Shown in pieces: positions 52,545 through 64,000 of a stretch of DNA of 64,000 nucleotides. The stretch comes from an uncultured Chloroflexia bacterium (lineage in GTDB: Bacteria; Chloroflexota; Dehalococcoidia; DSTF01; JALHUB01), in the NCBI GenBank assembly GCA_963726245.1, contig CAVSBT010000015.1, positions 32,001 to 96,000 of the forward strand, given 5' to 3'. Under the pieces are notes generated by a model. The model did not search any database and was not told the origin of the DNA. It was given only the letters and a program-made list of their open reading frames with translations. A program made the position numbers and the translations under genes. Each line of letters begins with the position of its first letter. The first letter of the stretch is position 1.

Positions 52545-52967
52545 CTAGTAGAAAGGCAGGAGCTTTAACAGGGCCTGCCACCAGGAGGTGCCGGATTCAT
52601 CGACGCCGGGCTTGGAGGCGGAGAAGCGCCGCGGCAGCAACTGCTGCTGTGGCGGCGGCGTGTCCACCTGCAGGTAGAGGACCTTCTCGGCCGGCACCAT
52701 GCCGAGGCGGTCCCGGGCCTCTCTCTCCACCCGATCCAGGGAAGTCAGGGTCGCCACTTCCGCTTCCAGGCTGTGCACTTGCGCCGACCAGTCCTGCCGC
52801 TCTTGCTCCAGGTGCTGGATGTTGTAGCTGGTGCTGGTCGCGCCGCTGGTCTGAATGACCTGGAGCAGACCCAGGAGGGCCACGGCGCCGAACGCGAGGG
52901 CAAGGATGCGCCGCAGGCTCCAGGGCCGGGAACTTGGTCGAGCGACGGGCCGTCCGATGGCTGACAT
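52545..52967 (-). CDS. ftsL: FtsL-like septal protein
   Basis: TM + heptad repeat + SLDRVEREARDRLGMVP; position between rsmH and ftsI. Confidence 0.75.
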   Translation of the reverse strand: MSAIGRPVARPSSRPWSLRRILALAFGAVALLGLLQVIQTSGATSTSYNIQHLEQERQDWSAQVHSLEAEVATLTSLDRVEREARDRLGMVPAEKVLYLQVDTPPPQQQLLPRRFSASKPGVDESGTSWWQALLKLLPFY

Positions 52968-52983
52968 GGCTCTCTCCATCGGA

Positions 52984-53937
52984 CTAGGTTGACGCCAGGG
53001 GCAGCCGTTCGGCGGCCCGGAGGCGGGCGCTGCGGGCGCGCGGGTTGGCGGCCACTTCGTCGGCCGACGGCCGGGTGACTCCTCGGGCAACCAGCCTGAG
53101 GGTGGCGCGGTGGCCGCAGACGCAGACGGGCGCTTCCGGCGGACAGATGCAGTCTCGTGTCTCCCGCGCCAGGAAGCTCTTGACTATGCGATCCTCGAGG
53201 GAGTGGTAGCTGATCACGACAAGTCGTGATCCAAAGCCGAGCAGGCCGTGGGCCTGGATTAGCGCTGTCCCCAGGTGCAAAAGCTCCTGGTTAACCGCGA
53301 TCCGAAGGGCTTGAAACGTCCTGGTGGCGGGGTGGATTACGCCTCGAGCCCTCCTGCCCACGGCCTGCTCAACGGCTTTGGCTAGTTGGGTGGTGGTACG
53401 AAGAGGCCGCTCCTCGACAAGCCGCCGCGCGATGCGACGGCTCCGGCGCTCCTCACCGTACCTCCAGAGCAGGTCGGCCAGATCCTCCTGGCTGTACGTG
53501 TTGACGATTTCGGCGGCGGTCAGCTCCTGGCTAGGGCTGAAGCGCATGTCCAGCGGCCCCTCGCGCTGGAAGCTGAACCCCCGCGACTCCTCCTCCAGTT
53601 GAAGTGACGACAATCCAAGGTCGAAGAGGACGCCCTGCACGGGCGCGAAGCCGCGCTCCCGGCAAAGGTCCCCCACCTGGCTGAAGTTCCCCTCCGCGAA
53701 CGTGACGCGCCCGCCAAAGGCCGCCAGCCGCTCGCGGGCGGCAGCGAGGGCCTCGGGGTCCAGGTCAATGCCCAACAGCTCGCCGTCCGGCGAAGCGGCC
53801 TCCAGGATGGCCTGGCCGTGGCCGCCGCCGCCCAGGGTGCAGTCCACGTAGCGGCCGCCGGGGCGGACAGCCAGGGCCTCCACCACTTCCCGTAGGAGGA
53901 CCGGTATGTGTTGTCTCATCATGACGGCGATGCTCAT
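52984..53937 (-). CDS. rsmH: 16S rRNA m4C1402 methyltransferase
   Basis: [64 protein letters not shown]. Confidence 0.97.
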   Translation of the reverse strand: MSIAVMMRQHIPVLLREVVEALAVRPGGRYVDCTLGGGGHGQAILEAASPDGELLGIDLDPEALAAARERLAAFGGRVTFAEGNFSQVGDLCRERGFAPVQGVLFDLGLSSLQLEEESRGFSFQREGPLDMRFSPSQELTAAEIVNTYSQEDLADLLWRYGEERRSRRIARRLVEERPLRTTTQLAKAVEQAVGRRARGVIHPATRTFQALRIAVNQELLHLGTALIQAHGLLGFGSRLVVISYHSLEDRIVKSFLARETRDCICPPEAPVCVCGHRATLRLVARGVTRPSADEVAANPRARSARLRAAERLPLAST

Positions 53938-54365
53938 GCTCGCTCTTCCAGGGTCTCGAGAGCCGCCTCGTACGCCTCGTCGACCAGCGCCTCCTCGGCC
54001 TCCCAGCGATCGGGGTTCCAGATCTCCAGGCACTCGTTGCGTCCTACCATGAGGACGGTCCCCGACAAGCCGGCGTGCTGGCGAAGCAAGGGAGGCACCA
54101 GGAGGCGGCCCTGGCGGTCCAGCTCGGCGTCCATGGAGCTCCCGAAGAAGCGGCGGCGCAATCTCCGGCCGCGCTGCCGGTTGGGCTTCTCCTTGGTGAG
54201 GAAGCTGGCCCAGGCTTCGTATCCGGAAGGGGTGTAAACTTCGACGCACCCCTCGAGGCCCTGCACCAGGATCACGCCGTCGGCGAAGGCGTCGCGGTAG
54301 CGGGCGGGAATGGGCAGCCTGCCCCGCCCATCGATGGCGTATTCGTAGGTGCCGCGAAAAACCAT
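53934..54365 (-). CDS. mraZ: dcw cluster regulator MraZ
   Basis: [34 protein letters not shown]. Confidence 0.96.
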   Translation of the reverse strand: MVFRGTYEYAIDGRGRLPIPARYRDAFADGVILVQGLEGCVEVYTPSGYEAWASFLTKEKPNRQRGRRLRRRFFGSSMDAELDRQGRLLVPPLLRQHAGLSGTVLMVGRNECLEIWNPDRWEAEEALVDEAYEAALETLEERA

Positions 54366-54403
54366 GCCAAAAGAGGGCCGAGCCTACCGCCGGGCCTTGG
54401 TCA

Positions 54404-54455
54404 CCACTTCTCACCACAAGCCCCCACATATTACCACCAACCGGCCGGATGTCAA
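54404..54455 (-). promoter_or_regulatory. mraZ promoter with four GTGG repeats at 10-bp spacing (MraZ sites)
   Basis: CCAC at 54404, 54414, 54424, 54434 on the plus strand; minus-strand TTGACA-N16-TAATAT. Confidence 0.85.
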
Positions 54456-54764
54456 CAGTTTTTCCCCAAGAAGGCGGTTTTTTCAGGGCAAAGCAGCCGA
54501 AAAGAGGAGGGGGCTGGACTGGCCAGCCCCCTCTGCTCGATGGCGGCGGGTGCGCCGTGTGGCCGTAGCTTGTTCGGTCAGCCAAACAGCCCCTCCTCAG
54601 TCTGCCGTCATGTTACGGCAACATTATTAGTATTTCAAGTACTCGCGTGAACATTTTTCTGGCTATTTGTGGATTCGGGGGCTGACCGTGGCTTCCTTCA
54701 CCCTGATGGTGCCCTGTGCTATCATAACCGCGGGCTGGGGTATTCCCCGGCCCTGGAGCTTACT

Positions 54765-55295
54765 ATGGAGATGCGCATCGGCGTGCTCACGGTCAGCGAC
54801 AAGGGCTACCGGGGCGAGCGCCGCGACACCAGCGGCCCCGCCATCGGCGAGATGATGGCCACCATCGGCGGCCGCGTGGAGCGCTACGAGGTGGTGCCCG
54901 ACGAGGCGGAGGCCATCGCCGGCCGGCTGCGCGACTGGGCCGACGAGGAGGGCCTGGATGTGGTCCTCACCACGGGCGGCACCGGCCTTACACCGCGCGA
55001 CGTGACGCCCGAGGCCACGCTATCTGTCCTCGACCGGCTGGTGCCCGGCGTGGCGGAGGCGATGCGCCAGGGCGGCATGCAGAAGACGCCTCTCGCCATG
55101 TTGAGCCGGGCCGTGGCCGGCGTCCGCGGCCATACGCTCATCGTCAACCTGCCCGGCAGCGAGAGAGCCGTGCGCGAGAACCTGGCCTTCGTCCTGCCAG
55201 CCCTCGGCCACGCCGTCGAGTCGTTGCAGGGGCGAACGGGGGACCACCGCGCGGCCGGCGCCGCCGTGGAGCGCGTGCCGGAGGGCGGTGGCTAG
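54765..55295 (+). CDS. mog: Molybdopterin adenylyltransferase (MogA/MoaB family)
   Basis: [39 protein letters not shown]. Confidence 0.93.
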   Translation: MEMRIGVLTVSDKGYRGERRDTSGPAIGEMMATIGGRVERYEVVPDEAEAIAGRLRDWADEEGLDVVLTTGGTGLTPRDVTPEATLSVLDRLVPGVAEAMRQGGMQKTPLAMLSRAVAGVRGHTLIVNLPGSERAVRENLAFVLPALGHAVESLQGRTGDHRAAGAAVERVPEGGG

Positions 55296-56088
55296 GGTGC
55301 GCATCGATATCCTGACGCTGTTCCCGGAGGTGTTCCGGGGCCCGTTCGAGGCCAGCATCATCGGTCGCGCCGTGCAGTCGGGCCTGGTAGAGTTCTTCGT
55401 GCACGACATCCGTGACTACGCCGAGGGCCGCCACAAGGTGGTCGACGACTACCCGTTTGGCGGCGGCCCAGGGATGGTGATCAAGCCGGAGCCCCTCTTT
55501 CAGGCCGTGGAGTCGGCGGCGGCCCAGGCCCCACAGAGGGGCCGTGTCGTGTTGCTGACGCCCCAGGGCCGGCTGCTTAGCCAGTCGGTGGCCGAAGAGC
55601 TGGCGTCCGAAGAGCGCCTCATCCTCGTCTGCGGCCACTACGAGGGGGTCGACGAGCGGGTGCGTGAGCACCTGGTAGACGACGAGGTCAGCATAGGCGA
55701 TTATGTGCTATCGGGCGGCGAGTTCCCCGCCCTGGTCGTCGTGGATGCCGTCGTGCGCCGGCTGCCGGGTGCCCTGGGCTCGGAGCTGTCATTGGAGGAG
55801 GAGTCGCACGCCGGGGGGCTTCTGGAGTATCCTCAGTACACGCGCCCGGCTGAGTTTCGCGGCTGGCCGGTGCCGGAGGTGCTCCTCTCCGGCCATCACG
55901 CCGAGGTAGCTCGCTGGCGCCGGCAGCAGAGCCTGCTGCGCACGGCGCGCCGCCGGCCTGACCTTCTGGCCCGCGCCGAGCTGGCGGATGCGGAGCGGCG
56001 CTGGCTGGAGGAGCGGCTGGCTGGAGAGGAAGATCTGCCTCTGGAAGAGGTTATCGGGCGGAAGAAATCCAGGACGGCATCGTCCTGA
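55288..56088 (+). CDS. trmD: tRNA (guanine37-N1)-methyltransferase
   Basis: [49 protein letters not shown]. Confidence 0.98.
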   Translation: MARVRIDILTLFPEVFRGPFEASIIGRAVQSGLVEFFVHDIRDYAEGRHKVVDDYPFGGGPGMVIKPEPLFQAVESAAAQAPQRGRVVLLTPQGRLLSQSVAEELASEERLILVCGHYEGVDERVREHLVDDEVSIGDYVLSGGEFPALVVVDAVVRRLPGALGSELSLEEESHAGGLLEYPQYTRPAEFRGWPVPEVLLSGHHAEVARWRRQQSLLRTARRRPDLLARAELADAERRWLEERLAGEEDLPLEEVIGRKKSRTASS

Positions 56089-56103
56089 GAGCAGGATAGG
56101 CCA

Positions 56104-56454
56104 ATGGACGCCAAGAGCGCTGTCGAGCTGAAAGAGAACCCCAACATCCCTGGCTTCAAGCCCGGAGACACCCTGCGCGTCAGCGCTAAGGTGGTGGAGG
56201 GGGACCGCGAGCGCACCCAGACCTTCCAGGGAGTGGCCATACGGGTGCGGCGCGGAGGCCCGGCCTCCACTTTCACGGTGCGACGCATCTCCCACGGGGT
56301 TGGGGTAGAGCGCACCTTCATGTTCCACTCGCCTCGCCTGGAGAAGGTGGAGGTCCTTCGAGAGGGCCGGGTGCGCCGTGCCAAGCTCTACTACCTGAGG
56401 GGTCTGACCGGCAAGGCCGCCCGCATCAAGGAGAAGGGGCGCGCCCCCAAATAG
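56104..56454 (+). CDS. rplS: 50S ribosomal protein L19
   Basis: [35 protein letters not shown]. Confidence 0.98.
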   Translation: MDAKSAVELKENPNIPGFKPGDTLRVSAKVVEGDRERTQTFQGVAIRVRRGGPASTFTVRRISHGVGVERTFMFHSPRLEKVEVLREGRVRRAKLYYLRGLTGKAARIKEKGRAPK

Positions 56455-56477
56455 GGTGTCGGCCAGTCTTTCCGGTG

Positions 56478-56549
56478 TGTCACCCTGAGCGAAGCGAAGG
56501 GTCTCGCCGAACCGGATTCTTCGTCCGCCTCGGCGGACTCAGAATGACA
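56478..56549. repeat. TGTCA...TGACA palindromic element (CTGAGC-N4-CGAAG family)
   Basis: tgtcaccctgagcgaagcgaagggtct...gattcttcgtccgcctcggcggactcagaatgaca. Confidence 0.75.
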
Positions 56550-56565
56550 GGCGCGCGGCGGAGCC

Positions 56566-59344
56566 ATGCCCTACGCTGAAGTGGCCGTCAACGCCGCCAT
56601 TCCTCACCGACGCGCCTTCAGCTACTCGGTGCCGGCAGGAGATGCGCCTTGATGTGGGGCAGGCCGTCTACGTCCCTTTCGGCCGTCGCACCCTCCAGGG
56701 CATCGTCCTCGAACTGCCGGAGGTCCCCTCTTACCCGGAGACGCGTGACGTCCTGGCGCCCCTGACAGAAGGGCCTATCCTCTCGCCGGCACAGGTCGCC
56801 CTCGGGCGCTGGATCAGCGAGGAGTACCTGGCGCCGCTCTTCCTGTCGCTGGCCCTCATGCTGCCCCCGGGATTCGAACAGAAGCCCCTCACCTACGTCG
56901 TGTCCCTGGTCGGCGACGAGGAAGTCGCGGCACTCGACCTGTCGCTCCGGCAGCGGGAGGTGCTCGCGGTGCTGCTGGCGGATGGCCGCCAGGAGGTCGA
57001 GGAGCTTCGGAAGCGGGCGCGTGTGCCCGCCCTGGCGGCCATCCTGGGCCAGTTGGAGAAGCGAGGCCTCGTGGAGCGGAGCTATGGCCTGGCGCGCTCC
57101 GCATATGCGGCCCAAGGTGCTTGGTCTACTACCGCCTGCTGGTCTCGGCAGAAGAGACCCTCGCCCGCGCCCAGGCGCTCCCCGGCAGCCGGCCTTCGCG
57201 CCGCGCCGAACTCCTGGAGCGCCTGGCTGAAGTCGGCTCACTGCCGCTGGACGTCGCCCGGCGACTGGCCGGCGGCGAGCCGGGCCTGCGCGCCCTGGAG
57301 CGCGCCCGCCTGCTGTCCGCGAATGAGAAGACGGGCGTCGTGAGCCTGTTGGTGGCAGCGGAGCGGGCCCGCGCCGGGGCCCTGGCCCTGCGACGCACGG
57401 CCGTCGAGAGAGCGCAGGCCGCCGCCCTGCGGCTCCTGGCCGTCGAGGGCCCGTCGCTGCCGGCGAGCCAGGTGCGGGCCCGCACCGGGCCTCACCGCCG
57501 CCGCTGCCGCGCCCCTGGTCGAGCAGGGCCTCATCGCCCTCGAGGAGGTGCCGGTGGAGCGCGACCCCCTGGCCGGGCACCACTATCCTCACCGGCCGCC
57601 GCCGGTCCTTACGCCGGAGCAGCAGGGGGTCTACGGCGCCATCGAGGAAGCGCTGGAGGCCTCGGCCCGCGGCGACGGTGCTTCGACAGGCTCAGCACGC
57701 GGCGGCGCCGCCTTCCTGCTGCACGGGGTCACCGGCAGCGGCAAGACGGAGGTCTACCTGAAGGCGCTGGAGAAGACGGTGGCCCTGGGCCGGCGGGGCA
57801 TCGTGCTGGTGCCGGAGATAGCCCTCACCCCCCAGACGGTGCGTCGCTTCGCCGAGCGCTTCCCGGGCCAGGTGGCCGTCATTCACAGCGGCCTCTCCGA
57901 GGGGCAGCTCTTCGACCAGTGGCAGGGCATCCGCCAGGGCCGCTATGCCGTGGTCGTGGGCAGCCGCTCCGCCCTCTTCGCGCCGCAGCCGGACCTGGGC
58001 CTCATCATCATCGACGAGGAGCACGAGTGGACCTACAAGCAGGAGCAGTCGCCCCGCTATCACGCCCGCGAGGCGGCCAGGATGCTGGCCGAGCTAACAG
58101 GCGCCGTCCTTCTGCTCGGCAGCGCCACCCCCGACGTGTGCACCTACCAGCAGGCCCTCGGGGGACAGTATCGCCTCCTTACCCTGCGCCAGCGGGTGCG
58201 GCCCCAGGTGGCCGCCGGAGGCAGCGTCACCCTCGCTACCTCGGAGGCGATGCCGTCCGTGGAGGTGGTGGACCTGCGGGAGGAGCTGATGGCCGGCAAC
58301 CGCAGCATCTTCAGCCGGGCGCTGGCGCAGGAAGTGCGCGCCGTTCTCTCCGCCGGCGAGCAGGCCATCCTGTTCCTCAACCGTCGCGGCGCCGCCAGCT
58401 TCGCCCAGTGCCGCGACTGCGGCTACGTCCCTCACTGCTCGAGCTGCGCTGTGTCCCTCACCTACCATCGCCAGCAGGACCGCCTCGTCTGCCACCAGTG
58501 CAACCGGGGGCGGCGTATGCCCGCTGTTTGCCCTCAGTGCCGGAGCCGCCGGCTGCGGCTGGTCGGCATCGGCGTGGAGCGGGTGGAAGAGGAGGCGATA
58601 AAGACGTTTCCGGGGGCCCGCCTGTTGCGCTGGGACCGCGACGTGACCCGCGGTCGGGGAGCACACGAGCGCATCCTGGCGCGTTTCCTGGCCCGCGAGG
58701 CCGACATCCTGATCGGCACGCAGATGGTGGCCAAGGGGCTGGACATGCCCGCGGTCACCCTGGTCGGCGTGGTGAGCGCCGACGTGAGCCTCCACCTGCC
58801 CGACTTCCGGGCCGGGCGAGCGCACCTTCCAGCTCCTGACGCAGGTGGCGGGACGCGCCGGCCGCGCCCAGACGGGCGCCCGTCCGGGCGCCGGCTCAGG
58901 CAATGGAGAGCGGCCGTCCGGCGACGGGGGCAGCCCGCCGGAGCTGGGGCGCGTCGTCATACAGACCTACACGCCGCAGCACTACGCGATTGTGGCCGCC
59001 GCCCAGCACGACTTCGAGTCCTTCTTCGCCCAGGAGATTGAGCTGAGGCGGCAGCTCGGATACCCGCCCTTCGGCCGCCTGGCCCGGCTGGTCTACTCCC
59101 ACACCAACTCCGCCTACGCCTACCAGGAGGCGGCCCGTCTGGTGCGTGTCCTCCTCAGCAGCGTGACACCCGCGGCCTGCCTGACCTGGAGGTCATGGGC
59201 CCTTCGCCGGCCTACATCGCGCGGCTGCGAGGGCGATACCGCTGGCAGGTGCTGGTGCGCGGTCGCCACCCGGCCGAGCTGCTGGCTGAGGTCTCCCTGC
59301 CCCAGAACTGGGTGCTGGACATCGACCCGGTGACCGTGGCCTGA
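56566..59344 (+). CDS. priA: Primosomal protein N' (replication restart helicase), multiple frameshifts
   Basis: MPYAEVAVN, VPFGRR, LHGVTGSGKTEVY, VPEIALTPQ, IIDEEHE, GSATP, FLNRRG, four CxxC, GTQMVAKGLD, QVAGRAGR, YPPF, LDIDP. Confidence 0.95.
57678..57698. repeat. In-frame fragment of the CTTCG-N4-GCTCAG palindromic family inside priA
   Basis: gtgcttcgacaggctcagcac; the reverse complement contains ctgagcctgtcgaag, as in the 56478 element. Confidence 0.55.
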
Positions 59345-59420
59345 GGAGCTTAGGTTAGCTTCCCGAAGACAGCAGGCGAGGGCATGGGATAGAATAGTTG
59401 CGCAAGAGTGCGCTTGCTGC

Positions 59421-59448
59421 GTAGGGGCGCAGCATGCTGCGCCCCTAC
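59421..59448. repeat. Perfect GTAG-type REP palindrome
   Basis: gtaggggcgcagcatgctgcgcccctac. Confidence 0.8.
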
Positions 59449-59462
59449 AAAGTGGTGAACGC

Positions 59463-60023
59463 TTGGCTGTGCTGACCATTCGCGTTCTTGGGGACCCCGT
59501 CCTGCGCCGCAAGGCCGGGAGGGTGGCCAAGATAGACGCGTCCATTCAGAAGCTGATCGACGACATGATCGACACGATGCACGCCGCGGGCGGCGTCGGG
59601 CTGGCGGCGCCCCAGGTCGGGCGGCCCCTTCGGGTCGTCGTCATCGAGGTGCCTGCCACCGGGCAGGAGGCGGCGCCCTCCGAGGAGCAAGCCCGGCCCC
59701 GCGGGGAGGTCATCGTCCTCATCAACCCGCAGATTGTCCGCCGGTCCGGCCAGAGGCAGGTAACGGAAGGCTGCCTTTCCGTCCCCGGCTACTGGGGCGA
59801 GATCAACCGCTCTCTGAAGGTAACCGCCAAAGGCCTGAACCGGGAGGGGCGCGAGGTTCGCATCAAGGGCGAAGACCTGCTGGCCCAGGCGCTGGAGCAC
59901 GAGCTCGACCATATCAACGGCGTTCTCTACATCGACCACCTGGAGAGCATCGACCAGTTGGTCAAGATCGAGCCTGAGGAGGAGGAGTCAGGACTGTCTG
60001 AGGCAGCCCGGACAGGTCCCTGA
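59463..60023 (+). CDS. def: Peptide deformylase
   Basis: GVGLAAPQVG, EGCLSVPG, HELDHING. Confidence 0.97.
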   Translation: MAVLTIRVLGDPVLRRKAGRVAKIDASIQKLIDDMIDTMHAAGGVGLAAPQVGRPLRVVVIEVPATGQEAAPSEEQARPRGEVIVLINPQIVRRSGQRQVTEGCLSVPGYWGEINRSLKVTAKGLNREGREVRIKGEDLLAQALEHELDHINGVLYIDHLESIDQLVKIEPEEEESGLSEAARTGP

Positions 60024-60026
60024 GGG

Positions 60027-61574
60027 ATGAGGCCCCCGCAGAGAATCTCTCTTTCCCTGGAACCCCCGGTCGAGGCGCTGGTGGGCAGGCTGGCTCACTG
60101 TCTGGCCTTGCGTGGAGTGTCCGCCTATCTTGCCGGCGGCTCCCTCCGCGATGCCATGTGCGGCCGGCCGGTCCGTGACATTGATCTGGCTGTCCAGGGT
60201 GACTCTCTCGCTATTGCCCGCTCCGCCAGCGAGGAGCTAGGCGCGACGTACGTGCCTCTGGACCGGGAGCGTGGCATCGCCCGGCTGGTCTTTCCTGCCG
60301 AGGAGGACGAGGTCCGCTACGTGGACTTCACCCCTCTGCGGGGTGACATCATCGCGGATCTGGCCCTCCGCGACTTCACCATTGACGCCATGGCCGCGGC
60401 TCTGCTTGCCGGCCATGACCTGGAGCTCGTCGACCCGTTCGGCGGGCGCGAAGACCTGGCGAAGGGCGTCGTGCGGGCAGTGGCGCCCACCGCCTTCGAG
60501 GCCGACGGCCTCCGGTTGCTGCGCGGCGTCCGCATCGCGGCCGAGTTGGTCTTCCGCCTGGACAACGTCACGCTGGCCTGGATGCGGGAGCGGGCGGGCC
60601 ACCTGGAGGGCGTGGCGCCCGAGCGCCAGCGCGAGGAGCTGGTGCGCATGCTGGCGACGGGCCGGGGCTCCTTGTCCCTTCGCACCTTGGATGAGCTGAC
60701 GCTCCTGGAACGCATTCTCCCGGAGCTCGCCGCCGCCCGTGGCGTCGAGCAGCCCAAGGAACACTACTGGGACGTCTTCGATCACTCTCTGGAGACGGTG
60801 GAGGCCCTGGATTTCCTGCTGGCCGAGCGTCCGCCGGAGGAGACACGCTGGGCTACCCTCTGGCGGGAGCTTTGGGGGCCCCTGGGCTGGCTTCCGGGCG
60901 GCCGCGCCCACTTCCGAGAGGAGGTGTCGGAAGGGCACCCGCGGCTGGCGATCCTGAAGCTCGGCGCCCTCCTCCACGACATCGCCAAGCCGCAGACCAA
61001 GGCCGCAGACAGCAGAGGGCGGATCCGCTTCCTCGGCCACGCCGCCGCCGGCGCCGACATGGCGAGGAGCATCATGGAGCGGTTGCGCTTCAGCGCTCGA
61101 GAGGTGCGCCTGGTGGCGCTGCTGGTGGAGGAGCACCTGCGCCCGGGCCAGCTCAGCAGCGATGGCGGGCCGCCCAGCAGCCGGGCTCTCTTCCGCTATT
61201 TCCGTGACACCGGCGAGGCAGCCCTCGACGTCCTTATCCTGAGTCTGGCCGACCACCTGGCGGCCCGCGGGCCGAGGATGCGCGTCACCAGTTGGCGCAA
61301 CCATGTCGCCTACGTTAACCACGTCATGGCCCGGCGCCATCAGGAGGAGAGCCTGGTGGAGCGCGTGCGGCTCGTCACCGGCCACGACGTCATGGAGACG
61401 CTGGGCATAGGGCCGGGGCCCGAGGTCGGCCGCCTGGTGAAAGCGGTAGAGGAGGCGCAAGGCGCGGGCGAAGTCCGCACCCGCGAGGAGGCGCTGGCGC
61501 TCATCCGCCGGCTGGGCGGCGTCGTAGTATCGGATGTGGGAGTGGAGGGGACGCCGCCGGCGTCGCGAAGTTAG
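60027..61574 (+). CDS. CCA-adding/poly(A) polymerase family nucleotidyltransferase with HD domain
   Basis: YLAGGSLRD, DIDLAV, DLALRDFTIDAMA, LLHDIAKP, FLGHA, GPGPEVG. Confidence 0.9.
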   Translation: MRPPQRISLSLEPPVEALVGRLAHCLALRGVSAYLAGGSLRDAMCGRPVRDIDLAVQGDSLAIARSASEELGATYVPLDRERGIARLVFPAEEDEVRYVDFTPLRGDIIADLALRDFTIDAMAAALLAGHDLELVDPFGGREDLAKGVVRAVAPTAFEADGLRLLRGVRIAAELVFRLDNVTLAWMRERAGHLEGVAPERQREELVRMLATGRGSLSLRTLDELTLLERILPELAAARGVEQPKEHYWDVFDHSLETVEALDFLLAERPPEETRWATLWRELWGPLGWLPGGRAHFREEVSEGHPRLAILKLGALLHDIAKPQTKAADSRGRIRFLGHAAAGADMARSIMERLRFSAREVRLVALLVEEHLRPGQLSSDGGPPSSRALFRYFRDTGEAALDVLILSLADHLAARGPRMRVTSWRNHVAYVNHVMARRHQEESLVERVRLVTGHDVMETLGIGPGPEVGRLVKAVEEAQGAGEVRTREEALALIRRLGGVVVSDVGVEGTPPASRS

Positions 61575-61677
61575 CGCTTTGAGATAGGTGATGAGGACTT
61601 GACCTCTAGGCCTTTCATGGCTAACGTCAAAGAGGTTAGTTGGCGCGGCGCGGCTGCGGCCGCAGCGGCGCTAAGGA

Positions 61678-63262
<1,585 letters not shown>

Positions 63263-64000
63263 ATGTTCGACTTCGTAAAGCGGCGCGATTTCTACTATCT
63301 GCTGTCCTTGCTCGTGCTGGTGCCCGGCATTATCTCGCTGATCATACCGCCCTCCCTGAAGCCCGGCATCGAGTTCACGGGGGGAACCACCTTCACGGTG
63401 CGCTTCGCCCAGACCGTGCACCAGGACGCGCTGCGGACCGCCATATCAGAGCTGGGTCACCCTGAAGCCATCGTCCAGAGCACGGGCGGGAACCAGTTCC
63501 TGGTGCGGACGAAGGAGCTCACGGGAGCGGCGGCGGCGCCCGAGGTGGGTCCGGCGCCCCCTTCGGAGCGGGATACGATCGAGGCCGGGCTTCGACAGCG
63601 GTTCGGCGATTTCCTGGATGCCAACGGCAACGTCAGCAACCGTTTCCTCGACTTCTCCAGCGTCTCGGGGACGGTGTCCGAGGAGATCGGCCGCAGCGCC
63701 GGCATTGCCGTGGTCGCGGCTTCGGTGGCGATTCTTCTTTACATAAGCTGGGCGTTTCGAGCCGTGCCCAAGCCGTTCTTGTACGGCGCGGCGGCCGTCA
63801 TTGCGCTTCTTCATGACGCTCTCCTGGTGCTGGGCATGTTCTCGATCTTCGGGAAGGTGTTCGGTATCGAGATCAACACGATGTTCCTCACGGGACTGTT
63901 GACCGTGATGGGCTTCAGCGTGCACGACACCATTGTGGTCTTCGACCGCATCCGCGAGAACCTCCGCCGTGGTGAGGGGAAGGACTTCAGCGAGTGCGTG
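63263..64000 (+). CDS. secF: Protein translocase subunit SecF, 3' truncated by the window
   Basis: [43 protein letters not shown]. Confidence 0.94.
   Translation, partial: MFDFVKRRDFYYLLSLLVLVPGIISLIIPPSLKPGIEFTGGTTFTVRFAQTVHQDALRTAISELGHPEAIVQSTGGNQFLVRTKELTGAAAAPEVGPAPPSERDTIEAGLRQRFGDFLDANGNVSNRFLDFSSVSGTVSEEIGRSAGIAVVAASVAILLYISWAFRAVPKPFLYGAAAVIALLHDALLVLGMFSIFGKVFGIEINTMFLTGLLTVMGFSVHDTIVVFDRIRENLRRGEGKDFSECV

Noticed and set aside
52984-54585. 533-aa ORF extending RsmH through mraZ in another frame
   Set aside because: The extension is Arg/Pro/Gly-rich off-frame translation of GC-rich mraZ; RsmH has its own ATG at 53937 overlapping the mraZ stop

Overview
High-GC bacterial chromosomal segment, most consistent with a Chloroflexota (Dehalococcoidia-like) genome, inferred from the recA-recX-rny-ymdB-PHP order, nrpR and the CxxC-x17-CxxC and B-box membrane proteins. 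Many genes, including essential ones, carry 1-nt frameshifts, which I read as uncorrected long-read errors. Order: hemD, SAM methyltransferase, a low-GC degraded ORF, ackA/phosphoketolase-like/glgP, nrpR, NrdR-box promoter-nrdR-hypothetical-two different class II ribonucleotide reductases (nrdJ), a beta-helix protein, yggS-proC-yggT/yggU, an inserted HNH gene, recA-recX-rny-ymdB-PHP, tRNA-Asp, a ~10 kb accessory island, the dcw cluster on the minus strand (mraZ to ftsZ, no murE), mog-trmD-rplS, priA, def, CCA/HD nucleotidyltransferase, secD/secF. Most notable: (1) in the island, a ~2 kb tandemly duplicated cassette encoding a signal-peptide/6-Cys ectodomain/TM/coiled-coil/hydrophobic-hairpin/coiled-coil protein plus a chaperone-like zinc-ribbon protein, flanked by two more zinc-ribbon membrane proteins, a candidate undescribed envelope or membrane-remodelling system; (2) a probable serine-recombinase relic running into tRNA-Asp; (3) heptamer-repeat and REP-type elements inserted inside nrdJ and priA coding sequences; (4) candidate structured leaders upstream of the dcw cluster and of a zinc-ribbon gene. 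All family assignments are by eye; no searches were run.
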